A stretch of DNA of 64,000 bases from an uncultured Chloroflexia bacterium (GTDB lineage Bacteria > Chloroflexota > Limnocylindria > Limnocylindrales > CSP1-4): positions 480,001 through 544,000 of the forward strand of contig CAVXPZ010000001.1 in the NCBI GenBank assembly GCA_963763775.1, read 5' to 3'. The notes beneath the pieces were generated by a model. That model saw only the letters and a list, made by a program, of their open reading frames with translations. It did no database searches and was not told the DNA's origin. Shown here one piece after another: positions 48,535 to 58,881 of this stretch. A program made the translations under genes and the position numbers. Numbering within the stretch: the first letter of the stretch is position 1; every line of letters begins with the position of its first letter.

Positions 48535-49500
48535 CTAGACGTTGCTCCCGGTGATGATCAGGAGCACGGCGCCGGCCGGCTTCGGTCCCGCCAGGACGCC
48601 CGCCCAGGACGCCGCCGCGGCCCCTTCCACGGTGAGCCCAAGCTCCCGGTCGAGTTCGGCCTGCGCGGCGTGGAGCGCCGCCTCGTCGACCAGGACCATG
48701 TCGTCGACCCGGCCCTCCATCAGGGCGACGGCCTCGGGGACCGCGACTCGCGAGGCGATGCCGTCGGCGTACGTGTCGACCGTGTCGGTGTCGATGGCGC
48801 GGCCCGCGCGCCAGCTGAGGGTCATCGCGGGCGCCCCGGCCGCGCCGATGCCGACGACTCGGCACGCGGGCGCCGCGGCCCGGAGCCACGACGCGACGCC
48901 GTTGATGAGCGCGCCGTTGCCGACCGGGACCGAGGCCATCGCGAGTGGCGGCAGGGTCCCGGCCTCGATCGCGTCGGTCACTTCCAGGGCCATCGTGGCC
49001 GCGCCGGTCGAGATCCGTGCGTCCTCGCCATCGACGAGGATGTGCGCGTCGTGATCGGCCGCATAGGCCGCCGCGGCCTCCCGAGCCTCGTCGAAGTCCT
49101 CCCCCGCCTCGATCACGGTCGCCCCGAGCGCCCGCATCCGGGCGATCTTCCCCCGGTTGGCATGCCTCGAGGTGAACACGACCGTGGGGATCCCCAGGGG
49201 TCGGGCGGCATACGCGATCCCCTGGCCGAAGTTCCCGGCGGACGCCACGACGATGGCCCGGTCGGGCCCGATGGTCCCCTCCCCCGCCAGCGCGTGCACC
49301 GCGACCCATGTCCCGCGGCCCTTGAACGAGCGGATCGGGTTCACTGTCTCGACCTTGACGACGACCGGGACGCCGAGCATGGCGCTGAGGCCCTCGTGCA
49401 CGTACTGCGGGGAGCCGGTGAACGCCGGGGCGATCGAGCCGTGCGCGGCGCGGATCGCGGCGACCGTGAGATCAGGGGAAGGGATCAACGCGGCGGGCAC
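48535..49500 (-). CDS. PLP-dependent threonine/serine dehydratase-like enzyme (no ACT domain)
   Basis: KVETVNPIRSFKGRG, ASAGNFGQG, VPVGNGALI, LIITGSN. Confidence 0.88.
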   Translation of the reverse strand: MPAALIPSPDLTVAAIRAAHGSIAPAFTGSPQYVHEGLSAMLGVPVVVKVETVNPIRSFKGRGTWVAVHALAGEGTIGPDRAIVVASAGNFGQGIAYAARPLGIPTVVFTSRHANRGKIARMRALGATVIEAGEDFDEAREAAAAYAADHDAHILVDGEDARISTGAATMALEVTDAIEAGTLPPLAMASVPVGNGALINGVASWLRAAAPACRVVGIGAAGAPAMTLSWRAGRAIDTDTVDTYADGIASRVAVPEAVALMEGRVDDMVLVDEAALHAAQAELDRELGLTVEGAAAASWAGVLAGPKPAGAVLLIITGSNV

Positions 49501-49510
49501 TCCGTGGTGC

Positions 49511-49650
49511 GGGCGGCGGACCTGGTCACAGACACAGAAACGCCCGAAGGAACCGCCGGTCCGTAGTCAGCGCCGCCGATGTAAACACCTGCAACACCGC
49601 TTTCGGTCTGGGGCCCCTTCGGGCAAGACCTACGTTACCCGGTGCCGCCC
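49511..49650 (-). ncRNA. Candidate structured ncRNA (long rod with internal bubble, 6S-like)
   Basis: Outer stem gggcggc/gccgccc, inner stem gcccgaagg 49542-49550 / ccttcgggc 49616-49624, further nested pairing; G-U pairs favour the minus strand. Confidence 0.45.
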
Positions 49651-49666
49651 CGCGCCGGGAAGGGAC

Positions 49667-49717
49667 TTATCCACGACTTTCGCAGTTCGTGGCACGCTCC
49701 CACGAGGGTTGTCCACA
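49667..49717. promoter_or_regulatory. Two DnaA-box-like 9-mers
   Basis: TTATCCACG 49667-49675 and TTGTCCACA 49709-49717, each one mismatch from TTATCCACA. Confidence 0.4.
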
Positions 49718-49736
49718 GCGCGTCCACGAGCGACCG

Positions 49737-50321
49737 TCAGTCACGCTCCAAGGGGACCGTCACGCCGCCCGGCGGGCGCGGCACGCCATCGTCGTCTACG
49801 TCGAGCGAGGGCTCGTCCCCGATGGTCCAGCCGGTCGCCGAGGACCTCGTGACGTGGATCTCCGAGACCGCGGCCACAGCGCCGGCCGGGTCGATGCGCA
49901 CCCCGCGGCGCGTCGTGCTCGCACCGACCGGGAGGCGGCTCGAGAGATGCCACGCGACCGCGGCGACCGCGATCGTGGATCCGTCGACGAGCACGAGGTC
50001 GTCCGGCGCGAAGGCCCATCCGACGATGTGCCGGATCTCGCCGCGTCCACGCGTGACGTGGTTGCCGTGGATCGTGCCGTCGCCCTCGGGGTGGAGGGTC
50101 CAGAGCCCACCGGCCGCGGCGAGTTCGAGGTGGCTGAACCGCCCCGCGGCGTCGGTCTCGAGGAGAAGTGAGTGGCGGATGGCGTCGCCGAGGGCGACGA
50201 CCTCCCGCCAGCGACGGCCGCGCCGACCGGTCGAGATCGTCCAGGTGACGGTGGCCCCGTCCGCGCGGGCTCCCCAGCCGGCGAGTCGGACCGGACGGAC
50301 CGTTCGGGCGGTCGTGGTCGG
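49737..50321 (-). CDS. Hypothetical protein (start uncertain)
   Basis: Protein-like C-terminal part of ORF 49737..51359: WTISTGRRGRRWREV, SLLLETD, TLHPEGDGTIHGN. Confidence 0.55.
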   Translation of the reverse strand, partial: PTTTARTVRPVRLAGWGARADGATVTWTISTGRRGRRWREVVALGDAIRHSLLLETDAAGRFSHLELAAAGGLWTLHPEGDGTIHGNHVTRGRGEIRHIVGWAFAPDDLVLVDGSTIAVAAVAWHLSSRLPVGASTTRRGVRIDPAGAVAAVSEIHVTRSSATGWTIGDEPSLDVDDDGVPRPPGGVTVPLERD

Positions 50322-50323
50322 CC

Positions 50324-51961
50324 CTAGCCGGCGCTGGCCGTGCCGGACTCGACGAGGACCGGCGCCGGCTCGGGCGCCTCCATCGGCGCCGTCGCCACGC
50401 CGTCGTGATGCCGGGCGACGAGGGTCGGGATGACGTCCGACCACGAATGGCCGGTCACTCGGAGACGGAGGCGCCAGGCGGTCTGGACGGCCGCCACGAG
50501 GAGCGTTCGCTCCCGCGCCCGGAGGGTCGGGTAGTCCATCCCGTCGATCACGATCTCCGGCGCGAAGGCGGCGAAAGGCGGGAACGTGTAGGCGTCGTCG
50601 GTGTTCTCGAGCAGCCGGTCGATGGTGAACTCGAAGTCCGGCTCCTCGGTCAAGGGGTCGCCGCGCTCCATGATCACGACCGCGTCGAGCGGCGCGCTCT
50701 CGGAGACGTCGCAGTCGATGAGCGACTGGACGTGGTACTTCGGCGGCGGGATCAGCAGCTGCACCCAGCTGTTGATCGTGACGATCGGCAGGTTCTGGCG
50801 GCCCATCGAGTGCCCGATCGAGCGGCCCTGCTTCGAGTGCACGCGGCTGCGGATGCCGAGCATGATCCGGTCGGCCATCGGCAGGCGCTTGTCGTTGACC
50901 GCGCTCATCGTGTGCGACGAGAGTGTCATCGGCTTGGGGTAGCCGTAGACGGTCCCGTCCGGCGCGACGATCGCCATGTCGTCCGACAGGAAGCCCCAGC
51001 TGTGGTGCATCAGGAGCCGCAGGACCGTGCTGGTCTTGCCGGTGTCGGTCTGCGCCGAGAGGACGATCGCGCCCTGGTCGCCATCGATGGCGGCGCAGTG
51101 GAGCAGCACGTGGCCGCGCGCCACGAGGATGAACCGGAGCAGCGGCTCGACCATGTTCGTGTACAGGACGTGGTGCGACCACGTGAGCAGCCAGTTGGCG
51201 TCGAGCTCGATCGGCCCGACGTCCGGCGCCCCGCCCCCGGCGCCGGGCGGCAGCCGGACGTCGAAGGCGGCCGAGAGCACGCCGAAGTGCTCGCGGTAGC
51301 GGATCGTGTCGTCCTCGCGCCACGTCCGGACGTGGAGCCGCGGGCCGCCGCCCAGCCACTTGCGGCGCACGATGATGTCCGGCTCGACGAGGTGGTCGAC
51401 GTTGAAGGCGGCAAGCTCTGGCAGCCGAACCACCGAGCGGATCTTCAGGATGCTGTGGACGTCGTACTGGTACGAGCCGTCGACCGCGACCTGGTCGCGC
51501 CGGTCGCGGCCGGCCCAGATCCAGTTGTCGGCGATGAGGTAGCGGACGCCGAACGTCACGCCGATCGCCACGAGGTTCGAGACGAGGTAGTAGATCCCGA
51601 ACAGGTCCGTGAGGATGTAGAGGATCGGGACCCGGACGACGAGGGTCGCGATGTTGACCGCACTGAACACGAGATACCGGGTGATCAGGCCGTGCCGCGT
51701 CTCGCGATGACGGAACACGAACAACTCGACCAGGATGAAGTTGTTGAGGGTCGACACCAGCGACGCCAGGATCGCCGAGTAGATGTAGAAGATCCCGAGG
51801 CCTTCGGTGAAGACGTACAGGGCGATCTGGTTGACGAAGATGCCGACGATGCCGACGACGGCGAACTTCGAGGGCGAGAGAAGGGCCCCCAGGAGGCTCG
51901 TGACCTGCGTCCGGCGGTGGCGGCGCACGCTCGGCGGTGACTCGGCGGCAGCTGGGCTCAA
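50324..51961 (-). CDS. GtrA-like flippase domain fused to HprK-related P-loop kinase/ATPase domain
   Basis: KFAVVGIVG 4-TM GtrA domain; LLHCAA, AQTDTGKT, FLSDD. Confidence 0.8.
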   Translation of the reverse strand: MSPAAAESPPSVRRHRRTQVTSLLGALLSPSKFAVVGIVGIFVNQIALYVFTEGLGIFYIYSAILASLVSTLNNFILVELFVFRHRETRHGLITRYLVFSAVNIATLVVRVPILYILTDLFGIYYLVSNLVAIGVTFGVRYLIADNWIWAGRDRRDQVAVDGSYQYDVHSILKIRSVVRLPELAAFNVDHLVEPDIIVRRKWLGGGPRLHVRTWREDDTIRYREHFGVLSAAFDVRLPPGAGGGAPDVGPIELDANWLLTWSHHVLYTNMVEPLLRFILVARGHVLLHCAAIDGDQGAIVLSAQTDTGKTSTVLRLLMHHSWGFLSDDMAIVAPDGTVYGYPKPMTLSSHTMSAVNDKRLPMADRIMLGIRSRVHSKQGRSIGHSMGRQNLPIVTINSWVQLLIPPPKYHVQSLIDCDVSESAPLDAVVIMERGDPLTEEPDFEFTIDRLLENTDDAYTFPPFAAFAPEIVIDGMDYPTLRARERTLLVAAVQTAWRLRLRVTGHSWSDVIPTLVARHHDGVATAPMEAPEPAPVLVESGTASAG

Positions 51962-52019
51962 ACGGTCCCCTTGGTCGGCGGAGGGTCGGCCGGATGGTAG
52001 GTGACGCTCCGTCGCGGCG

Positions 52020-54227
52020 TCAAACGACCACGGCCCGCGTCAGCGACCGTGGAGGGCCTCCAGCCGCGCCAGGAGGGCGCGCGTCGTCGGGTGAGGACGG
52101 CGTGATCGTCACCCGTTCCCGAAGCCGGTCGGCCGTCTCCCCCACCCCGGGGCCGGCCGCCTCGAGCTTGTCGATGATCCGGTCCAGGACGCCCGGGTCG
52201 ATGAACAGCCGCGCCGGGTCCGGCGCGAAGACGTCGGGATCGATGCGGTAGACCGTGACGGTCATCTGCTCGTCGCCGTAGGGATAGGTCCAGCGCTGGG
52301 CCACGGACGCGCCGGGGGTCGCGTCGAGGGCGGCCGTCATCGCCGGTGTCCCGTCGCCCAGGGTCGCATGGACCCAGTAGCCCGGCCGCAGCGTCTGGAT
52401 CCGCTTGGTCAGCGAGGCCGCATCTCGTTCGTCGAACTGGTCCACGTTGTAGAGGGACGGCGAGATCGCGATCGCGTCGGCGAGCGGACGGTTCGCGGGC
52501 ACCGCGCGCAGCCCCAGCGGCGCCGTGGGGTCGAGGACCGCGGTCCCGGGGCGGATCCGGGTCACCGGGTAGTCGCCGGTCACACGCTGGCCGACGTCGT
52601 AGGCGAGGAACTCGCTGAGGGCGATCCTGGTGCCGGGCGGGACGTTGGCGCGGATCCAGGCGCTCGTCGCATCCACCGCCGCGATCTTCGCGTCGTCGCC
52701 GACGATCGGGCGGGCGGCGGTCGCGAGGGCGATCCCCGCCGCCCCGAAGACCAGCGCGGTGCCCAGGACGGCCGGCAGCCAGGCCCGCCCGCCTCCGCGG
52801 CGGCGCAGGACGAGCACCAGGAGCGCCAGGATCGACGACGCCGACGATGGCGACCAGGACGAAGCCCAGCCGGCGCGGTCCTGACGCCGACGAGGCTCCG
52901 GCGTGCCAGCAGGAACAGGAAGGGCACGACGAGGAGCCCGCCGACGACCGCGGCCACGCTCGCCCACCGTTCCCGCGCCAGGATGCCCGCGGCCACGGCG
53001 ATCCACCCGATCGAGGCGGTCACGGCGAGGACCGGGAAGACCGCGACGTAGTGGCGCGGCGTCTCGCCGATGGCGACGACGAGCAGGATCAGGGGCACGT
53101 TGGCCAGGAGGGTCATCACGAGCGGGAACAGCTCCCGATGTGCCACCGCGGACAGTCGTCGGGCGGCGAGGGCGACGGCCGTCAGGACGATGCCGGGCAC
53201 CGCGAAGGCGAGCGCGCCGGCGAGCTGTGGCACGTAGCTGGCGTACGCCGTGAAGGCCGAGAGCCGGATGACGCTCGCGCCGGCCAGCTTGGGCGCCCGT
53301 GCGTAGACGACCAGCTGCACGCCCGCCCAACCGAGACCCGCCACCCACGCGACGATCACCGGCCACCGCGACGCGCTCACGGGCGCCGGGGCGCGACCAC
53401 GACGCTCGAGGAACGGCTCGATCGACCAGCCCGGCGACGATGGCGACCACGATGGCCACCGCGATCGGCCCGAGCAGCCAGGCCGGTGCCCCGAGTCGGT
53501 AGACGACGCCGGTGATCGAGGCGTGGAGCACGAACCACCAGGCGAGGATGGGCGTGGCGACCAGGAGCGCCACCGCCGCTTGACGCGCGAGGCGCGGCCA
53601 CGGGCGGCCCCAGGCCAGCCCCGCGAGGAACGGGACGGGCGCGAACGGGAGGGCCGTCTCCTTGATCAGGAAGCTGAGGCCGAAGCACGCCCCGGCCAGG
53701 GCCGCCAGCCCGAGGGAGCCGCGATCGACGGCGCGCAGACCGACGACGAGGTAGGCCACCGCGAGCACGGCCGCCGGCAGGTCGATGCCGGCCGTCCGTG
53801 ACAGCGTGAGCAGGTACGGGAACCCCAGGAGCGAGATGGCGGCCAGCGCGCCGACGGCCGGTCGCACCCGCCAGCCGAGCGCCCCGCCGAGCGCGATGAG
53901 TCCCGCCGCCGAGATCGCGTCGATGACCTGCCCGACGCGCACCCCGTCGACGCCGAACCAGGCCTGCGGGGCCGCGAGGACCAGGGGCCAGACCGGCGAG
54001 TGATTCGGGAAGCTGACGCCGAAGACCGTGATGAGACCCTTGCCCGCGAGGATGTTCAGGCCGAGGCCGACGTACTTCGCCTCGTCGGGCGTCTCGAAGG
54101 CCGGCGGCGCCAGCGCGCGGATCACCAGGAAGGCCACGACCGATGCGGCGATCAACCACGCGGCGGCCGTCCGCTCGGTCGGCGCCGTCGAGGCGGCCGC
54201 CGGCCGGGTATCGGGCGCGTCGGTCAT
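52020..54227 (-). CDS. GT-C (ArnT/PMT, GT39/83-like) membrane glycosyltransferase, several frameshifts
   Basis: TPDEAKY, HSPVWP, DLP, LIKET, PRHY, many TM helices; pieces in ORFs 52020..55388 and 52580..53380. Confidence 0.75.
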   Translation of the reverse strand: MTDAPDTRPAAASTAPTERTAAAWLIAASVVAFLVIRALAPPAFETPDEAKYVGLGLNILAGKGLITVFGVSFPNHSPVWPLVLAAPQAWFGVDGVRVGQVIDAISAAGLIALGGALGWRVRPAVGALAAISLLGFPYLLTLSRTAGIDLPAAVLAVAYLVVGLRAVDRGSLGLAALAGACFGLSFLIKETALPFAPVPFLAGLAWGRPWPRLARQAAVALLVATPILAWWFVLHASITGVVYRLGAPAWLLGPIAVAIVVAIVAGLVDRAVPRASWSRPGARERVAVAGDRRVGGGSRLGGRAAGRLRTGAQAGRRERHPALGLHGVRQLRATARRRARLRGARHRPDGRRPRRPTTVRGGTSGAVPARDDPPGQRAPDPARRRHRRDAAPLRRGLPGPRRDRLDRVDRRGRGHPGAGTVGERGRGRRRAPRRALPVPAGTPEPRRRQDRAGWASSWSPSSASSILALLVLVLRRRGGGRAWLPAVLGTALVFGAAGIALATAARPIVGDDAKIAAVDATSAWIRANVPPGTRIALSEFLAYDVGQRVTGDYPVTRIRPGTAVLDPTAPLGLRAVPANRPLADAIAISPSLYNVDQFDERDAASLTKRIQTLRPGYWVHATLGDGTPAMTAALDATPGASVAQRWTYPYGDEQMTVTVYRIDPDVFAPDPARLFIDPGVLDRIIDKLEAAGPGVGETADRLRERVTITPSSPDDARPPGAAGGPPRSLTRAVVV

Positions 54228-55543
54228 GACGCGGGCGCGGCCGACGCCCCGAGGCTCTCCGTCCAGGCGCGGGCCACGGCCTCGAGCTCGCCGGCCAGCG
54301 ACGGCGCCACCCGGCCGACCACGCGGACGTCGCGTTCGCCGTACTCGACGTCGACCGTGCCGCGCTCCCGGACCCTCGCGAGCAGCTCGCCCGCGGCGTA
54401 CGGCACCGCGACGTCGACATCGACCCACAGGGACGCGAGGAGGGCCGCGATCTCGGCTCGCAGCGTGTCGATGCCGTAGCCCGTCGTGGCCGAGACGAAG
54501 ACCGCGCCGCCGATCGCGGGGGCCGGGGTCTCGCCGTCGCGCGCGGCCTTGTCGAGGAGGTCCGCCTTGTTGTAGGCCACGAGCCGCGGCTTCTCGCCGG
54601 CGCCCAGTTCGTCGAGCACCGTCTGGACGGTGGCCCGGTGTTCCTCGATATGGGCGTCCGCGGCGTCGACCACCTCGACCAGCACGTCGGCGCGGTTGAC
54701 CTCTTCGAGGGTGGCCCGGAACGCGTCGACGAGCTGGTGCGGCAGCTTGTGGATGAAGCCCACGGTGTCGGTGACGATCGCCGTCTGCCCGTCGCCGAGC
54801 TTGACCTGGCGACTCGTCGGGTCGAGCGTCGCGAACAGCTTGTCCTCGGCGAGCGCGACTTCGGCGCCGACGAGGGTGTTCAGCAACGTGGACTTGCCCG
54901 CATTCGTGTAGCCGACGATGCCGACCGTCGGCCACAGCCGCCGGTCCCTGCCGCGCGCCGCGGTCGAGCGCTGCTGGCGGACCTGGTCCACGCGCTCCTT
55001 CATCTTGGCGATCCGTGTCCGGATGATCCGCCGGTCCGTCTCGAGCTGGGACTCGCCGGGTCCGCGGGTCCCGATCCCGCCGCCGGTCCGCGACAGGTGC
55101 GTCCAGAGGCGGGTCAGTCGAGGCAGCTGGTACTCGAGCTGCGCCAGCTCGACCTGGAGGCGGCCCTCGTGCGTCTGCGCATGCAGGGCGAAGATATCGA
55201 GGATGAGGCGGCTCCGGTCGATGACCTTCACCTTCAGGAGTTCCTCGAGCGCCCGCTGCTGCGCGGGCGAGAGTTCGTCGTCGGCGATGAGCACGTCGAA
55301 ACCGGTCTCGCGCTTCGCCGACAGCAGGTCCTCGGCCTTGCCCTTGCCGACGTACCAGTTCGGGTCGACATGACGGCGGTTCTGCCACTCGGCGCCGACC
55401 ACGTCCGCGCCGGCGGTCGTCGCAAGGTTCGCGAGCTCCGCGAGCGAGTCGGGCGCGGTCCAGCCGTCCTCGGTCCCGGTATCGACGGCGACGAGGAAGG
55501 CCTTCTCGACGGGCGTGGCGAGGTCGATCAACTCGTTGGGCAT
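54224..55543 (-). CDS. hflX: GTPase HflX
   Basis: [44 protein letters not shown]. Confidence 0.96.
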   Translation of the reverse strand: MPNELIDLATPVEKAFLVAVDTGTEDGWTAPDSLAELANLATTAGADVVGAEWQNRRHVDPNWYVGKGKAEDLLSAKRETGFDVLIADDELSPAQQRALEELLKVKVIDRSRLILDIFALHAQTHEGRLQVELAQLEYQLPRLTRLWTHLSRTGGGIGTRGPGESQLETDRRIIRTRIAKMKERVDQVRQQRSTAARGRDRRLWPTVGIVGYTNAGKSTLLNTLVGAEVALAEDKLFATLDPTSRQVKLGDGQTAIVTDTVGFIHKLPHQLVDAFRATLEEVNRADVLVEVVDAADAHIEEHRATVQTVLDELGAGEKPRLVAYNKADLLDKAARDGETPAPAIGGAVFVSATTGYGIDTLRAEIAALLASLWVDVDVAVPYAAGELLARVRERGTVDVEYGERDVRVVGRVAPSLAGELEAVARAWTESLGASAAPAS

Positions 55544-55687
55544 CGTCGCGAAGGATAGCCCGTCAGCCTCGCCCTCCCATCGAATCATGCGGTTCGGGCG
55601 ATGGAACGGCCGCAGCGGTTGCTATGCTGCGGGGAAACCGTCCCCACATGTGTGGTCGTGGACGGAAAGAGGGAGGCTCAATCACCG

Positions 55688-56224
55688 ATGCATCGTCCTA
55701 TCGGCGTCACACTGCTTGCGCTCGGCGCCGGGGTGGCAGGTCTCTTCGAGATCTGGCGGGCCCTGGTGTTCCTGGGCGTCGCCAGCTTCACCTTCGTCGG
55801 CAAGTCCGTCTCGTTCCCGGATCCGCAGTGGGGCTCGGCCCTCTGGGCGCTCCTCATCGCCGCGATCTGGTTCTGGGTCGCCATGGGGTTCTGGAACGTC
55901 CGCGCCTACGCGTGGTCCTTCGGGATCTTCATCAGCATCTTCACGGTCATCTTCGGCTTCTTCGCCCTCCTGGGTGGGTCGACGATGGAAGCGGAGACCA
56001 TCGGCTGGCTGCTGGCCATCGGCATCTTCATGTACCTGAACTACCCGGGCGTCCGGGACGTGTTCATGAAGCATGAGCTCGAGCTCATGACGCCGGAGCA
56101 GCGCGCCGCAGCCCAGCAGATGCAGGCCGCGCAGATGGCGATGGCGCAGGCTTCCGTGCCGCAGGCCGCCGCGGCCCCGCAGAGCCCCACGCCTCCGCCT
56201 CCGGCCCCGCCCGCGGCGAGCTAG
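55688..56224 (+). CDS. Hypothetical 4-TM membrane protein with Q/A/P-rich tail
   Basis: RPIGVTLLA start, four hydrophobic helices, YLNYPGVR. Confidence 0.7.
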   Translation: MHRPIGVTLLALGAGVAGLFEIWRALVFLGVASFTFVGKSVSFPDPQWGSALWALLIAAIWFWVAMGFWNVRAYAWSFGIFISIFTVIFGFFALLGGSTMEAETIGWLLAIGIFMYLNYPGVRDVFMKHELELMTPEQRAAAQQMQAAQMAMAQASVPQAAAAPQSPTPPPPAPPAAS

Positions 56225-56235
56225 GCCCGCAACCG

Positions 56236-56301
56236 CCCCCGTCGAGCGACGGGGGGCTTGGAACCGATCAGAAGGCCGACCGGCCCCGCCGGTCGGCCTT
56301 C
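56236..56301. terminator. Two strong hairpins between convergent genes
   Basis: cccccgtcg/cgacggggg and 14-bp IR gaaggccgaccggc/gccggtcggccttc. Confidence 0.65.
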
Positions 56302-56327
56302 GTCGTTGCGCGGCGCGCGAGTTGCTG

Positions 56328-57267
56328 TCAGCCGTCGACGACGCTCGACACCTCGGGTCCTCGGCGGAGGGCGACGACGTCGATCCCCTCGGTCGCGTCC
56401 ACCCAGTCGATGCCCGGCTCTGACCGGAACCACGTGCGCTGGCGCCGCGCGAACGCGACGTTGCGCTGCGCGTCGAGCTCGATGGCGGTCTCGCGGGTCA
56501 GCGTGCCGTCAAGCACGGCCCACGCTTCGCGATAGCCGATCGCGGTGAAGGCCGGCAGCGTCGGGATCGAAGCGCCGGCGGAGTGACGCCGCCTCTTCGA
56601 TGAGCCCGCCATCGAACTGGGCGACGGCCCGGGCGAGGATCCGCTCGCCGTGGACAGCGGGATCGACCGTCAGCCCCAGCCACGTGACGCGCCCCGGATA
56701 GCCGAGGGCGGGCGGCCGTGGCGCGTCCCCCTGGAGCGTCGCGATCTCGAGCGCCCGGACGACGCGACGAGGATTCTGCAGGTCGACGTCCGATGCGAGG
56801 GCCGGGGCGGCCTCGCGCAGTCGGACGACCAGCGCCTCGAGTCCGTCGGCGGCGAGGTCCGCTTCGATGGCCGCCCGTACGGCGGGATCGCTCGGCAGGG
56901 CGTCGGTGTCGAGGCCGCGCGCCACCGCGCGCAGGTACAGGCCCGTGCCGCCCGCGAGGATGGCGATGCCGTCCCGTCCCGCCAGCTCGCCGAGGACGGT
57001 CCTCGCGTGATCCGCGAAGTCGGCGACGCTGAACGGCTCGTCGGGATCCACGAGGTCCAGCCCGTGGTGCGGGACGCGGGCCCGTTCGGCGGCCGTGGCC
57101 TTGGCCGTCCCGATGTCGAGGCCGCGGAACACCTGGCGGGAATCCGCGGAGATGACGACGGTCGACCGCCCCTCGGCGATCAGCATCTCGGCCAGTTCGA
57201 TCGCGAGGGCGGTCTTGCCGGTCGCCGTCGCCCCGGCGATGACGAGCAGCGGTGGCGCTGCGGTCAC
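56328..57267 (-). CDS. miaA: tRNA dimethylallyltransferase, frameshifted near 56560
   Basis: GATATGKT, ISADSRQ, DIGTAK, GGTGLY, NPRRVVRALE; AIGYRE..FARRQRTWF in second frame. Confidence 0.93.
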
Positions 57268-58881
57268 GCGCTGACGAGGCTCCCGCGGAGCGCGTACGGG
57301 CCGGCATGATCGACGCGCACGACGACCTCGCGACCGACGAGGTCGGGGTTGCCGGCCACGTGCACCAGCTTGTTGCCGCGGGTCCGGCCGGTCAGCGACG
57401 ACCCGGACGGTCGTTCCGAGCCTTCGTGGTCATGCGAGCGAGGGACGGCCACCGCGTCCAGCAGGACGGCCACGTCCCGGCCGAGCCACGCCTCGTTGCG
57501 CTCGAGCCCGATCGACTCCTGGAGCGCGAGGAGCTCGTTGAGCCGCCGGCGTTTCGTGTCGGCCGGGACGTCGTCGGGGAGTCGGGTGGCCGGCGTTCCC
57601 GGCCGCGGCGAATACGCGGCGGCGAAGACCTGGTCGTACCGCACGGCCTCGAGCAGGCGCAGGGTGGACTGGAACTGTGCCTCGGTCTCGCCGCAGAACC
57701 CCACGATGACGTCCGTGGAGATCGTGATGCCGGGGACGGCGTCGCGGATCCGCGCCAGCCGCTCCTGGTAGTGCTCGATCGTGTACTGGCGGCCCATCCG
57801 GCGCAGCACGGTGTCGTCACCGGACTGGACGGGCAGGTGGAGATGCTCGCAGACGCTCTCGCAGGCCGCCAGGGCCTCGATCAGGCGGTCCGAGAGGTCC
57901 CAGGGGTGCGACGTCACGAACCGCAGGCGGCCGATGGCGGGGCGGCCGTCGGAGGTCCGGAGCGCGTCGATGGCCCGGATCAACTCGGCGAGGTCCGGTC
58001 GCCCCCGCAGATCGAGCTGCCGGCCCGCGAGCCGTCCCTCGTGGACATGGGCGAACCGCGGCTCCGGCGCCAGGTCGTGGCCGTACGAGTTCACGTTCTG
58101 GCCGAGCAGCGTCACTTCGTGGTACCCGGCGGCCGCCAGGGCGCGCGCCTCGTCGACGACCTCATCGAACGGGCGGCTTCGCTCCGGTCCGCGACTGAAG
58201 GGCACGATGCAGTAGGTGCAGGTCTTGTCGCAGCCGTAGATGATCGGCAGCCAGGCGCTCACCGCGGACCCGCGGGCGACGCTCCCCTCCCCGATGGCGC
58301 GGGCACGGGTCGCGGCCAGGCCGTCGGCGGCCCCGACCACGGTCCGTCCGACCGTCGTCGTCGTGCCGACCGTGCCGATCGGCGCCTGCGCGGAGCCGAG
58401 ACCGAGGCGGTCGACGAGCTCCGGCTCCTCGTCGGGCCGCAGGAACAGGTCGACCGACGGATAGCGTCGGCGCAGGCCGGCCCGATCCGGCTCCCGGACG
58501 GAACAGCCGGTCAGGACGACGCGCAGGCCGGGGTGCGCCGCCTTGAGCTGCGCGAGCTGACCCTGGCGCCCGATGACCTTCTGCTCGGCGCCCTCGCGGA
58601 TGGCACAGGTGTTGATGACGATGAGGTCCGCGTCCTCGAACCCGCTCGCTTCGGCGCAGCCGGCCTGGAGCAGGCGGCCGGCCATCTCCTCGGAGTCGCT
58701 GCGGTTCATCTGGCAACCGAGGGTCCAGAGGTGGAACCTGCGGCAGCGTCCGGCTTTCGGGCAGGTACTCGTCGAGCCGCTCGTCGGTCGGCGTGACGGG
58801 CGCGCGGGGCGCGCCGCGAGGTGCCGGCGGGACGATCTCGAGCATCGGCAACGCGCGGTCGAGGAGCGTTCGGTCCGTCAC
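57264..58881 (-). CDS. miaB: tRNA methylthiotransferase, frameshifted near 58740
   Basis: TLGCQMN, NTCAIRE, GCDKTCTYCIVP, LLGQNVNSY, DVIVGF, TRAM domain. Confidence 0.95.

Noticed and set aside
49651-49736. Replication origin
   Set aside because: Only two near-consensus DnaA boxes, no AT-rich unwinding element and no dnaA/dnaN/rpmH context.
52020-55388. 1122-aa ORF as a single giant protein
   Set aside because: Chimera of an off-frame reading of hflX and in-frame pieces of the frameshifted GT-C gene.
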